Source: Moniliella sp. 'wahieum'
Taxonomy: Eukaryota
Assembly: GCA_003971905.1 (NCBI GenBank)
Contig: RSEE01000112.1
Coordinates: forward strand, 124,001 to 188,000
Length of the DNA stretch: 64,000 nucleotides
Direction: 5' to 3'
Within the stretch, counting starts at the first letter, position 1. Every line of letters starts with the position of its first letter. A program made the position numbers and the translations under genes. Under the pieces are notes generated by a model, which saw only the letters and a program-made list of their open reading frames with translations, was not told where the DNA came from and ran no database searches. Shown in pieces: positions 1 through 13,911 of the stretch.

Positions 1-312
1 GCAGGAAAAAGCGCACGCGCGCCGTGTGCCGCAGCTCGGCTTTGGTCGGCACCTTGCCCTCGTCCGCCGCCGACGTGCTGGACGCCGGCCGGGCGGCAGC
101 AGAGGGCGGGGTAGACACGGCGGACGCAGGCGCGGGGCGGATGCGGGGGGGGAGGGGGCGGATGCGGGCTTGCGGGTGCCAGCGCGCCGCCGGGGGCGGT
201 GGGGTATCGGGGGGGGAGGCGGATGGGGCGCGGCCCGCACGCCGAGGCTAGTGTGGAGCAGGCGGGCGCGGGGCAACACAGCAGCGGCAGTGCGCGTGGA
301 AGGCGGCAGCAT
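1..312 (-). CDS. 5' part of an unidentified, probably mitochondrion-targeted protein (runs off the window start)
   Basis: ATG at 312 (minus) reads MLPPSTRTAAAVLPRARLLHTSLGVR, an Arg/Ser/Ala-rich presequence-like start. After a frameshift it reads ASSTSAADEGKVPTKAELRHTARVRFFL. Divergent from HAT2. Confidence 0.4.
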   Translation of the reverse strand, partial: MLPPSTRTAAAVLPRARLLHTSLGVRAAPHPPPPPIPHRPRRRAGTRKPASAPSPPASAPRLRPPCLPRPLLPPGRRPARRRRTRARCRPKPSCGTRRACAFSC

Positions 313-574
313 CGGCGCGGTGGCGTGCTCAGCCCGCAGCAGCCCCGCTTGTCCCCGCGTCGGCTGTCGGATCGAGGCAGGTGGTGGGCTCAGCCGTGGG
401 TGTGGGTAGTCTGCGGCGGTAGCCGGCGATTAGGCGCTGCGGCCATCCGCCTCGGAACATTCGGCCCCAATTCCGACCCAAACCATCACGTGATCCTGCG
501 GCGGCTGCAGCGAGCGGAGCGGCGCGCGGCCAAGAACGAAAGCCAGCACGCGACGCGACGCGGCGTGGCGGTGA

Positions 575-702
575 CGACCACCACCGCAACTACCACCACT
601 ACTACCACCGCCATTACCACCACCACCGCACATTACCACCACCACCGCCATTACCACCACCACGCCATTACCACCACCACCGCCATTACCACCACCACCA
701 CC
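575..702 (+). repeat. (ACC)n-based imperfect microsatellite upstream of HAT2
   Basis: Visible ACCACCACC/GCCATTACC runs. Confidence 0.85.
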
Positions 703-731
703 CCTCCTCCCCCCCCCCGCTCTGCCGCACC

Positions 732-2467
<1,736 letters not shown>

Positions 2468-3400
2468 ACGAGGCGAGTGGGGTGGGATTGCATGGCATGG
2501 CATTGCATGGGTTTGGACCGGATCACGCGGCGCGCGGGCCGGGACTCGGAGCCAAGTCGTGCTAATGCCACCCACTGGCTGCGCGCTGCCCTACTGCCGT
2601 GGCCCAGCGTTGGTTGGTTGGCGGCGTTGCTACTGTAGGCTCTTCGGGCGTGGGGTTGTTTAGGCCAGAGGAGGAGTCAGATTGCCCGAGTCAGAATGAT
2701 GACTACCAGCCTGCCCACTCGGCTGAGGCGCAGCTGCTGGCTCTGGCTTCGTTGGTACGGAGTATACTAATCCTGCGTATGCATCCTGCCTCAGTACTCG
2801 GTAGCCGCCATGTCACCTGACCCAGCTGCCCCATGGCCCCATGTCGGCCTGGAGCATCCACGTCATCCGTCATCGCGTCATCGTCCAGGTCGCCATGGAC
2901 GCGGACACAGCAGCGACGGGCCACGTGTAGCACCCCCATCCATAGCGCACTCGCACCGTCCCCACGGCTCGGGCCATGTGATGTGGGACGGGCGCAACAC
3001 GTGACATGTGACAAGCGTAGCGCCCTACGCCTTACGTCCGACCGACGCACCGGCCGGAACGGACAGCCGGGCGGACGATCTGGATCGGAATTTGGCGGGT
3101 CGTACTTAAACGCCCCCGCCCAGCCGTGGCCGCCGCTCCCCCATCCCCACCGCACCCGTCCATGGCTGGCAGCCCACGCCCAGACCACACCACCACCACC
3201 ACCTCCTCCACCACCACCACCACCTCCTCCTCCTCCACCACCACCACCCCTCTCTCTCGCGTGCTGCGCTGTGGGCTGCCACTGCCTGCCTCGCTGCCAT
3301 TCTGGCCCTCGTCATTGCGCGCCTTCCTCGCCTCTTGAGCTCCCCAGGCTGTCCCCGCCTCGTCCTGCCCACCTCCCCCTCCATCTCTGCCTTCACCCCC

Positions 3401-4697
3401 ATGGCCACCCCACTGGCCCCATCGCCCCCGTGGTTTATCTCCCACGGCGGCCCGCCGAGTACGTATTCCGTGGTCTGCTCCCCCTCTCTCTCTTTGGCTT
3501 TCTCTGGTGCCCAGTGGTGGTGCGAGCGGACCCCATGGCTAACTTGTTTATGTGTGCTGTGCTGTGTTGTGTTGTGTTGGGTGATGGTTTACTTGTCTGC
3601 TTGTGACGGGAAGCCATGTTTGAGTACAGCCATCCGGCGTACAAGGCCTGGTCGGACTTTGGAAAGCAAATCCGTCTTGCTCATGACAATGGCAAGGGAC
3701 CCTCAAAGCGCTCCTAGCCATCTCGGCCCATTGGCAATCCCAATCCCCTGGTACGATTCAAGTCAATACCGACGAGAAGAACCCCCTTGTGTACGACTAC
3801 TACGGCTTCCCTTCCCACTATGTGTTGTACCTTTCCCCCCTCTCCCCGTCTACGTCTGCGTGGCCCCGATTGCTGTTTTGGCCGTCTCTTTTTCTTTCTC
3901 TGTCCGCGGTGCGATCCCGAGACTGCATGCTAACAAACCAACGTATTGCCTCCCCGCCTCGCCCGATGCAGTACAAAGTCCAACTCGATTCGCACAACCC
4001 CGCTAGCTTGAGCAAGCTGGTCCTGGACGAGCTGAACAAAGCATTTACCACGTTGGGCAGCAAGGACTTGGTGCGTGCGCAGCCCACCCGGGCGGCCTGG
4101 ACCACGGCGTGTGTTCCTACAAAGTAGCATTTTATCCCTCGGACCGTCCGGTGCCAGCCGAGGGTGAGGCTTGGTCCGGCGAGTGTCCTGCCAGCTACGC
4201 TGCCCTTGGTTCAAATCACGCTTCCGGCCAGCGACGATCCACTTGCATCGTTGCGCTTGGGCCAGGCGCTACGCTCGCTTCGCGCCCACGGCGTGGGCAT
4301 CTTCGCCGGCGGCATGGGCGTGCACAACCTACGCGAGTTGATGATGTCGTTCCGCTTCGGAGCTGGGTCGGGACCGCAAAAGGTACCGTACGCTTCGTTC
4401 ACCAAGGACATTGCCCATGCCATTTCGATCAACGCTACCGACCCCGCTGCCAACGCACCTGCCGACCCAGCGTCGGATGCGGTGGCGGACGAGCGGTGGC
4501 AAGCTATTGTGCGTCTTACCCATTCGCCCAAGTACCGTGGTGCGCATCCTACTGCCGAGCACTTTTTGCCCATCCCCGTCGCGGTCGGCGCAACGTTGCC
4601 GACAGAACGGCTGTACAGTACCATGAGCCTGCAAGAAGGCCCGATGGGTTGGAACATGTTTGGCACAATGCCTCCCTCTGGCGCGGCCAAGGTGTGA
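3401..4697 (+). CDS. LigB-family extradiol ring-cleavage dioxygenase (DODA/YgiD-like)
   Basis: FISHGGPP, YDYYGFP, GLDHGV, LRLGQALRSLRAHGVGIFAGGMGVHNL and AHPTAEHFLP are family motifs. Several small introns in the 5' half. Confidence 0.9.
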
Positions 4698-4710
4698 GTC
4701 AAAGCAACGC

Positions 4711-4808
4711 TGGATCGGATCGGATCGGATTGCATTGCATTGCATTGCATTGCATTGCATCGAATTGGATTGGATTGAAACCTGGATTGGATTGGATTGG
4801 ATTGGATG
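4711..4808 (+). repeat. Pentanucleotide microsatellite (TCGGA)/(TTGCA)/(TTGGA)n in 3' flank
   Basis: Direct reading of tandem 5-mers. Confidence 0.9.
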
Positions 4809-5421
4809 GGCTGGGGTGGGATTCAAGCGGCCCTGCCATGGCCCGCGCGAGTAGGTGTCCACGTATGACTTCAGGCTTGAGTGGGGCTTGATACTGATCC
4901 ACGGGGGGCGCTGTGTGGCCCAATGATGTAGCCCACCTCGAAGGCTTCCCAAGTGCCTCATCCTCACCCTCTGTCCTTGTCCATCCGCCGGCCAGGACAC
5001 GGTAAGATCCCGTTCTGGACACCGCGCAAACGGAGCCAAAGTGAGAGGCCAGGGGCTCCTCCTCCTTCCTTCTTCCAGGAACCACGAAACATGGTGACCG
5101 CTACTACCTACTAGTCCCCGTCCACCACTCAATACTCAGTCCTCGTAACTGCTCATGGTAATCATGGGGGATATATCGAATGCGCAGGACAAAGGGCCCA
5201 AAAGTTAGGGGTGGAGCTGAGCGGAGCCCCGAGCCAGTCCTCGGCGCGCGAGGTGGGGAGGGGGGTACCGCCCACCGTGGGGTAGCCGCGATGGAATCAG
5301 GTTTTGAGTAAGGGCGAACCGGGGGTTAGCTTTGAGAGATCATAATCAGAGCGGAGAGAGGAAGAGGAGAGAGAGAGAGATGGAAAGACCCAGATCGCAC
5401 AGCAGGCTGATGGGGATCGTA

Positions 5422-8397
5422 TCAAGTCCGCGGGCGGGCAACGACAACAGCCACGAGGACTGCGACGCCCAAGAACCCAATGGCCGCAGGCAAAGCCAAC
5501 TCTCTCGACAAAAAGCCCAACACCACCGCATCTTTATCTTGATCGTCCTCCTCATCCTCCTCATCCTCATCCTCCTCGTCCTCATCATTCTCGTCCTCGT
5601 CCAAGTCCACTGCCCGTCCCAGCCTCGGGCCAACTTGCTGTGCCGTGCGCGGCGGGCGCGGTGCCTACCCCCCTGCCATCCCTGCCGCGACGAACAGATT
5701 TGCCTCCCACTTTCTTCCCGCCCTCCCAATGCCAGTCCGGGGAATCCGAGTCCGAGTTCGAATCCGAGTGCGGGTCAGAACCTGACGCAGACACGGACGC
5801 GCAGCGCACTTCGGACACAGCGTCCGAGTCGGAGTCGGAGTCTTGGGCCGAGTCGGGGTCGGGCTCGGCGCCCGCTTTGGCGTCCGAGGCGTAATGTGAA
5901 TTGGACGCTGAGCCAGGGGCGGCACGGTGGGCGGGGAGCTGTTTCTTTTTCCGTGTGAACGGGGACGGGGAGAGGGACAGGGAAGCCGAGGCCGAAGCTG
6001 AGGTAGAGGCGGCAGAGCGCAGGTGCGAGGACCGAGCTTCGTCTTCCTCCGTCACGGCTGTCAAGCCTTGGTGCGAAAGGTGCGTGGTGCGAGGCGCGTA
6101 GGCTTGGGCTTGGGCGTGCCACGACGGACCGCCCTGGAGGAAGAGGAGGACGCGACCAGTCCCTGCTGTGCGGGCTAGGCGCACGGCTTCGACCACATCC
6201 GCGTCCGACCCGAGCACCACCATATCGTTCTCGTCGTCTTGGTAGGCTAGTGTGAAGTCGGTAGGATCAGGCAGAGGCACAGGCACAGGCGCAGGCACAA
6301 GATCACTCCGTTCGGTCTTGCCTTTGGTCTTGGGTTTGCCCGTCTTGGTCTTACTCTTGGCTTGGGCTTGGGCCTTTGACTTGGAAGAACTCCCTCCAGG
6401 GACCGGGACCGAGACCTGCGCCACGCGGAAAAACTCATCCGCTTCCAACTTGGCCACCACGACCGACCGAAGCGCCGCCAACTTATCGCCCGGTGCAGCG
6501 AACCGATGCGTGCGCTGGCTGGGCGTGGTGAACTTGAACAGGAACGTCGTTTCGTTGGGCAATCCCATGGTTCCCATCGGTCCCAGCGGGGCGGCAGTAG
6601 CCAGGGCGGCAACAGGGTCGAGCGAGGGCCCGGCCCGCGCACCAGCCGGACCAGAAGCTACCGCGGCCCGACGAGCACCTATGCCGCTGGCGCTGTCGCC
6701 AGGGTACAAGTCGGTGCCCGTTTCGTTCCCTGGTGTGTCCGGGGGCGGCAAGGCAGCTGCACCTCCTGCACCGGGGGCAAGCGGGACGGGTCGGGGGTAA
6801 CGTGGCCCGGGGTGGGGCGGGAAAGGGATCCGGGGCTGGTACGGCTGCTGGTTGGGTCGGCGCGCGAGGGCACGGGCAAGCCAGAGCGTTGGGAGTGAGA
6901 ATGGCGACGATGGTGGGGATGGTGATGGGAAGCACTGAGACCAGATGCCGACATGCTTATCGATTCGTCCCCCCCTTCGTCTTCGCCGACGTACGAACCG
7001 GTATGGGCAAACGAGTTCCAAAATCGGTTCCACATCGGTCCGGCTTCGGCCTTGCTGCCGGTAAGACTGCTGGCGCCATCGCCCGCAACGCTGTCGGTAG
7101 CATCTTCGTTCATGCTGTTGATTTGTTCCAGCGTTTTCCATGTCAGGCGCAGCACGTCCACCACGCCCACCAAGCGCGCCTCGTCATCCACCACGGGCAG
7201 ATTGAGGTAATGGCCATCGTGCATCTTGCGCAGCGCCGCTTGGATCGATAGCGTAGGCGAGGCGGTATCCGGGTGGGGCGTCATGACACGTACGACGCTG
7301 CACTTGCGCGGATCGAGACCGGCAGCAATCACACGCAAAACCACATCTTTCGACGTAAAGATCCCTGCCACCTTGCCCGAGGTGACGCCGTGCGGGTGGT
7401 ACGAAGCGGTGGGACTGGTGGTATCCATCACGCACACCGCTGTGACGCGGTACTGTTTCATGAGCCGAGCCGCGTCGCGGACGGTGGTACGAACGCTGAC
7501 GGTGGTGGGGATGTGCGGGCGTCGAGCACGCTAGCCAAATCGGGCAAGGCAAGGCGGTGGCGTAAGGTCTCAATGTACTCGAGCAACTGAAGTTGGTGCG
7601 CCGAGGGAGGACCCCACTCGGTCTGCACGCCTTCGAGTGCAGCATAGAGTTTTTGCGACGATCCATGCGCACGTTCGAGCTTGGTCAGCGCACCGTAAAA
7701 TACACGCGCAATGTCCAGCAAGCCCACCACGTCCCCCTCGTCGTTGCACACGGGCAGGTGACGAAAGCCCCGCGTGACCATCAAGTTGAGCGCCTCGGTC
7801 GCACTCGTCGTATCGCGGGTCACGACAGGACTACGGGTCATGATAGCACTGACGGGGGTCATGCGCGGATCCCAACCGGCGGCCACCACGCGGAAAGCCA
7901 AATCTTTCGCGGTAAAGATCCCGGCCAAATGCTCGTCGTCGTCCACGACCAGCACACAGTCCGTCCGCTTGGCCGCACACAGCTGACTCGCATCAGCCAC
8001 CGTGATGCTCTGGGGCACGGTGAGCGCCGGGAGGGGGCGCAGGTTCTGGACGGTGCCGACGTTGGACCGGCCATCGGCGGCGGCCTGGACGGCTCCCAGG
8101 GGCGTGTGGCGGCGCGAGCGACGCCGACGCGCGGGTGCGGGAGCTGGAGCAGGAGCGTGCAGGCGGGGACCGTGGGTCGGCAGCGGCGGGCGCGGGCGCG
8201 GGCGCGGGCGCAGGAGCAGGAGCAGGAGCAGGAGCGGGGGGAGATGCGAGGGGCGAAGCGCGCCGACGAGCAAGGTCCGCATCCAGACGGCGTCGGATCG
8301 CCTCGTCGCGCCGGCTGGCCTTGGTGCGCACATCGGCAGTGTCGGCGCTGGGCGCCATGCCGCTCGCCGCTCCGACGCGGCCGCTGGCGGAGGACAT
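5422..8397 (-). CDS. CBS/PB1-domain protein (Mug70/CBSCBSPB-like) with C-terminal membrane anchor
   Basis: CBS pairs (ALTVPQSITVADASQLCAAKRTDCVLVVD, GFRHLPV, GHYLNLPVVD), a PB1-like segment (FLFKFTTPSQRTHRF...LAYQDDENDMVVL), an acidic run and a hydrophobic tail (LPAAIGFLGVAVLVAVVVARPRT*). Joined over frameshifts. Confidence 0.9.
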
Positions 8398-8936
8398 GGT
8401 GGGGGGAGGAGGAGGCGGTGGTGGTGGTGGTGGTGGTGGTGGTGGTGGAAACGCCGCTGCGGATGGCGACAAGGCAGCTGGGAGGCCGGCGAGCGCTGCT
8501 CCGGGCGGCCCCGAGAGCGCATTTCATTGGTAAGTATTTCTCAGTCACCCGTCACTCGCCCTGCTGACTACCTCCGCCTTACATAACACGCGCCTGTGCC
8601 GGAACCACGCGACGCACGGGGGCAGTGCGCGCCCCGGCATCACCGTCGCGTGTGCCAGCGTGTGCCAGCGTGCGCCACACACTGGCGCCTGGCCGGAGGC
8701 AGCCGTGTGAGGCCGTGCCGCCTGTGGCGCCGGCGGGGCAGCCGCGCTGATGACGTTGCTTCATTGAGGACTGATCGATGATCACCAAGTATGGGCTAGT
8801 GTGCCTTGTTGAACATTGCATTGCACCCCGGCACGCAAGGCAGGCAGCGCGTGAATATGCACAGTGCCCCGCCCACCCCCCTCGCGCTGGCCCGCCAGAC
8901 ACCGTGGCTGCTCCCATCGCCGCCGCCTCGCCCGCC

Positions 8937-9941
8937 ATGTCGCGCAAGCTGCGCGTGCTGTGTCTCCACGGCTTCAACTCCAACGCCGCCGTCTTTGGGC
9001 GCCGCACCCGCTCCTGGGCCGAGGCGTGTGCGTCCGTCGCCCACTTCACCTACCTCGACGCCCCGCACCTCGTCCCTCCCTCCCCCGTCCTCCAGGGCGT
9101 CGACCAGTACGCCACCCCTGCCGAGCTCGGCCTCCCGCCCGAGCACACCGAGCACACAGACACCGACCTGGACGATGCGCATGCCAAAGAGGCGCACCTC
9201 ATGGCCCTCGCCCGCGCCCAGACCAACGTCGCGCCCACCGCCGGGCGCGCGGATGGTGGCGCCTCACCGACCTGGACCCCACCATCTCTGGGGTGGCACC
9301 CGACCGTCGCGTACCTCAGCCAGCAGATGATGGTCCAGCACGGTCCGTTCGATGCGGTGATCGGGTTTAGCCAAGGCGCCGCCTTGGCACTGCTGCTTGC
9401 TGCTGCGTGTGAGCAGAGCCAGATCCAGATCCAACCCGTCCGGTCGACCAATGTGCAGGCAGAGGTGCAGGGGCAGACGCCACCGGGGGGCGGGGACATC
9501 CGTACCGTTCCTGCTGTGCCAGGCTTGGTGCTGCATCCGTCGCAAGGCGCGTTACGACTGTGCATAGCGGTAGCTGGGTTCCGCACCCGCGATCCGGACC
9601 AGCAACGTGTTTTCCCCTCGGGATCTAGGCAGCTCACCACCCCGGTCCTGTCCATCACAGGGAAAGAGGATCGGATGGTGACCGCGCGTCGTACCGCTCG
9701 CATCGCTCAGGTCTTTGCTAATATCCGTCACGTCGTTCATCCCGCTGGCCATGTGTGTCCTCGTGCGCCACCTTGGCCCACGTTTGTGCGCGACTCGTTG
9801 GTCAACTGGGCTTGCGCTACCCACCCGCACTGGACTGACTTGCCCCTCGGAATTACCTTGTCGTCTATGTCGTCGGACGATGCGGGTGGACGTGCTACCG
9901 GCACCGACAGCCCCAAAGACGAGCCTAAGAGTCACCTCTGA
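8937..9941 (+). CDS. FSH1/OVCA2-family serine hydrolase
   Basis: LRVLCLHGF, GPFDAVIGFSQGA (nucleophile elbow), ITGKEDRMV, HPAGHVCP. Intact ORF. Confidence 0.92.
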   Translation: MSRKLRVLCLHGFNSNAAVFGRRTRSWAEACASVAHFTYLDAPHLVPPSPVLQGVDQYATPAELGLPPEHTEHTDTDLDDAHAKEAHLMALARAQTNVAPTAGRADGGASPTWTPPSLGWHPTVAYLSQQMMVQHGPFDAVIGFSQGAALALLLAAACEQSQIQIQPVRSTNVQAEVQGQTPPGGGDIRTVPAVPGLVLHPSQGALRLCIAVAGFRTRDPDQQRVFPSGSRQLTTPVLSITGKEDRMVTARRTARIAQVFANIRHVVHPAGHVCPRAPPWPTFVRDSLVNWACATHPHWTDLPLGITLSSMSSDDAGGRATGTDSPKDEPKSHL

Positions 9942-10171
9942 TGGTCCGCCTGGACGGCGCCCCTCTCGGCAGGGAGGGTGTGGGCCCAGAGACCTGAGAC
10001 TCAAGTCGGAGGCCGAACCCCCAGACGCAGAGAGGTCCGATGTAATACTTCCCTTGAAGCTTGAAGAACGGTGGGCGTCGAGGCTTGTGGGACGCGCGCA
10101 GAGCCTCAGCCGCGTGTTGAGGCGCGTTGTCAACTGATGTAGCCATCCGATCTCAGACAGGACACTTTGTA

Positions 10172-11054
10172 TCTTACCCATCAATGGGAAACTTCCAGCT
10201 CCAAGGAGGAACCCTTTCGTAACGTTGCTAATATTACACGAAAAAATGTCACGTTAGTGCCCGTATACGTCCAGGAGATGGCTGTCTACCTCGATGACCG
10301 TCCACGGTGGATTCAACACGTGCCCGGTGACCCCATCGTTGATGTACGGGGCACGGGGCACATGACGCATGGCGGGGACTAGTCGGGAGGGCAAGGAGAT
10401 GGATTGGAACGATGCAACTCGAAGGGGTGGGGCTGTTGGAAGGCAACTGGTTGAAAGCAAGCTTGGAAGCTTGAGATCTGAGAAGGGATACCTATGCATG
10501 GACATCTACTTCTTGAATTCATATCATTGACAGAGCTTAAGGCTGGGACAGGGGGAACGCTACGTCTAAACCGAACCGTTCATCTTGCGGGGGTTACTTG
10601 GAAGCGCCACTAAGGTCAAGGAACCAGGGGGATCGCCAGGATATCAGGACCCTCCGGCTCTCGCCATCCGGTCCCGTACCCTAGGAAGCGCGTGTGGACA
10701 CGGATGAACGTGGTTGACATCCGAGCGAGGAACCTACTTCTTCATAACGCAGACCCCCTTTTTACTTTACGTAAAATTACACAAGCATGCCACCTGGCAC
10801 GTTTCACCCGGCGCGTTCCAGGCGGGCGCAGCCAGGCGGATGCACATGGGTGATAAAATTCCGCCCGAGGCGTAGTGGTGAATACTATTCCGCTCTCCAG
10901 CGTGGAACGGTGGACCGGTGGCTACGGTGGCGACGGGGGAACGGTGGCTAAGGTGGGGAAGGCGGACCCGGTGGCTAAGATGGCGACGGTGCACCAAGCA
11001 TCAAGCTGGGGCGAAGCCCCAGCTGACCGGGCCGTAGGCCCGGTGGTCTTCTAG
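10172..11054 (+). mobile_element. Probable non-autonomous Helitron (about 0.9 kb)
   Basis: 3' end has hairpin AGCTGGGGC-GAA-GCCCCAGCT (11004-11024), hairpin ACCGGGCC-GTA-GGCCCGGT (11026-11044), 6 nt, then CTAG (11051-11054) followed by T. Candidate 5' end A|TCTTAC at 10171/10172 is less certain. No Rep/Pif1 ORF. Confidence 0.65.
10533..10589 (+). repeat. 57-bp exact dispersed repeat, copy 1
   Basis: GAGCTTAAGGCTGGGACAGGGGGAACGCTACGTCTAAACCGAACCGTTCATCTTGCG is identical to 58059-58115. Confidence 0.97.
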
Positions 11055-12322
11055 TGTGTGAAAAAAGAAGGCCGAAACAGGGCCAGACCAGAGAGCTCCA
11101 GCGACAGTCTTCAGAACAGACTCGAAGCCGAGCCGGTAGGCCAAACCCGAGGTAATATATGGTCGCCCCCGAGGCCTGAGGCTTGAAGCTCAGGCCTGCC
11201 GATCTGAAGCCTGAATCCTGAATCCTGATTGCCTGCTGATACTAGGCTGGTGCCAGCGCCCGTGCGCCCCAAGGCTCAAATGTCCAACGATGGCATGCGA
11301 GCCGATTTCGAGTGCCAGTGCCATTCCCTTTGGGCGTCGATGGATGAAGTCAAGAGGCACTACTAGCCAGATAGGCGGCTGGTCACTGTTGGAGCTGGAG
11401 CTTGAAGATTGGATCTTGTCGAGAGTTGATGATTGAGGGATTCTTCATCAATCGGTCATCTGACCGATGCCGGGCATCTGGCATTGCATATTGCTCTCAG
11501 AATGTCAGAGTAGTCTCAACCCTAAAATCATCTCACAGGACCCAAGTGCCTCAGGCCTCCGGCGGAGGCCAGCGCCCGGCCGAGCAGGGCTCCAGGCACG
11601 AGACTGAGCGTACTGAGTCTCAGTACTGATCGGCAGCGGATGCCAAGGCCTGCATCGCCTGTCGAGCCGCCTCCGCCGCCTCCGGCCTGAGCCTCAGGGC
11701 AGTGGGCCGGCTGTGCGCCAAGCCTGCCGCCCTGTCGCGCCAAAGGGCACAGCACCAGTGTCCGCGCCGGGGTCGGCCATTTACTAACGTTCCGCCGGGG
11801 GCAGGGCGGGACGCCAGTGTGCCTGAGGGCAGGTACGCGGGACGCATCACCGGTCGCTGCGGCCCCAGCACTAGGCACTCCGATCGGAGCGGCGGCGACA
11901 GGGTGCAGCGGCGGGCCAAGCTTGGGCCACGGGGAACAGCTCAGCCCGCACGGGCAGGGGGGCAGCCTGCGCGTGTGGACGCATGGCACGGGTGGGCGGA
12001 GACGAGACGCATGACGCGTGACGGCGTGCTGCTCGGCTGGGGCGCGCACAAGCGCACCGCACACCCGCCTGGCTCTTCTACGGGCGGAGGCCGCGCACAT
12101 CGCTTGTCCAGCCACGAGCCATCGCCCTCCGACCACCGACCCTCCCAACCGGCCGCACCGCCGCTCGGGAGTCTGCCAGCGTACTTGAACCTGGCGCTGC
12201 CCTCCGCCCGCTCTCCCCCGCCATCGGTTTCTCCCCCTTCTCTTTTCCTCCTCCTCTTTCTCTTTCTCTCTCCTCCCCCCGCCGTCACCACCACTACATT
12301 CGTTTCCGTCCCAGCGACTCGG

Positions 12323-13911
12323 ATGGGTTCTACCAAGCTTGCTGCTCTGGCCACCGCCCTGCTTGCTGCCACGGCCATCACCCAGACCGTGGCGGCCGAG
12401 ACGGTGGAGCGCGGGAACCAACTTGCCTACCTATTTGAGCGCGGGCATGCGCACCACCAGCCCGTGCACCACCGGCGGCAGCAAGCCAGCGTCAAGCCTT
12501 ACTTCCAAGGCGGCCCAGCCCCCTCGCCCGGGGCCATGTCGCCGAACGGCAAGCCGTACCCGAGCCAAACCACGCCCCAGGCGCCCGGTAGGAAGGACCT
12601 GCCGGACGCTTGGGTGCAGCGGTACAACGCCAAGAAGGCCGCTGGCTTGATCCCCTCCATCCCTCAGACGAACGCGTCTTCCACTGGGATCGAGTACCCG
12701 CCCGGCACGGACACGAGCAAAGTGTGCAACTGGTCCATTACCAACTGCTTTAATGGCGACTTGTACCTTACCCCGGACCATGTGGCAGCACTGACGTTTG
12801 ACGATGGCCCGTCGCAGTACTCGCCGGACCTAGCCAAGTTTTTGAGTGCGCACCAGCAACCTTCGACGCACTTTTTGATTGGGTTCAATGTGCTCAACAG
12901 TCCCGCTGCTATGAAGGCAATGATCACCACCCACGACCTCATCCACTTGGGCGTGCACACTTTCTCCCATTCCATCCAGACGAGCAAGACGGATCTCCAG
13001 ATCTTGGGCGATCTCGCGTGGACCATGCAGTTGATTTACGAGTACACGGGAAAGGTGCCCATGTACTGGCGCCCACCCGAGGGCGACCTGGATAACCGCG
13101 TCCGCGCTATCGCCAAGGAAGTCCTGGGTATGCAAGCCGTGATGTGGAACCGTGACGTACGTCCCCCTGCTCTACCTTGTTTCTCCCCTGTGCTTCTCCC
13201 CTACTTCTTCCCTTCTTTGGTTACGGTTGACTAACTCCGTCCTTACTTCCGATCCCCACTACGGTTCCCCATTTGATTGTTGGCTTCGCGTTGCTTCAGG
13301 CCGACGACTGGTGTCTGAAGGACGGCAGTGGCACGGAAGACCTAGCCGACTGCAAGGGCACGACGTACGACAAGGTCACGGGGGAGTATGCGGCGTGGGC
13401 GACCAACGCAAGTGCACCAGGGATCAACACTCTGATGCACGAAACCAAGGACCAGGCAGTCCAGGCGTTCAAACAATACTACTATGACCTAGGCAACTCC
13501 TCGGTCAAGTACAAGTCTAACTGTGTACCGGACATTCTGGGCTTGCCGTGGTACCAGAACCAGTTTGGACCAAAAGACGAGGTGGAAAGCGTAGACACTA
13601 TCCTGCCCAAACGCGGCGCACTTAACATTACCGATGGTGGTCTGGCCAAGGTGGGCGACCCCAAGGGTCCCAGCTTGGGCGACTACACTTCCCTCTCTCG
13701 CAACCTTCCTTCAGGGTCCAGCTCCTCGGGATCGACAGGTTCCTCGTCTGCCTTGGGGCGGGGGTCTACCGTCCCCGCGTCCGGATCGGCCGCTGCGGCA
13801 GCCTCGAGCGCCCCCGTTGCCAAGGCGGCAGGAACGTTGGTTCGGCCCATGACGTCTGTCGCTCTGGCCTTGGCTGCCATCGTGCCCGCCGCACTTGTCG
13901 TGGTGTTGTAA
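12323..13911 (+). CDS. Secreted, GPI-anchored chitin deacetylase (CE4/NodB)
   Basis: Signal peptide MGSTKLAALATALLAATA; CE4 motifs ALTFDDGPS, HTFSH, YWRPPEG, WNRD/ADDW, LMHE. Intron 13157-13299 (GTACGT...CTAAC...CAG). Ser/Gly-rich region then hydrophobic GPI signal. Confidence 0.93.

Noticed and set aside
10533..10589. 57-bp block as a hammerhead or other known ribozyme
   Set aside because: No CTGATGA...GAAA core or recognisable stem pattern on either strand.
11702..12322. 200-aa N-terminal extension of the chitin deacetylase
   Set aside because: It depends on a GTG start; the signal peptide begins at ATG 12323 after a pyrimidine-rich leader.
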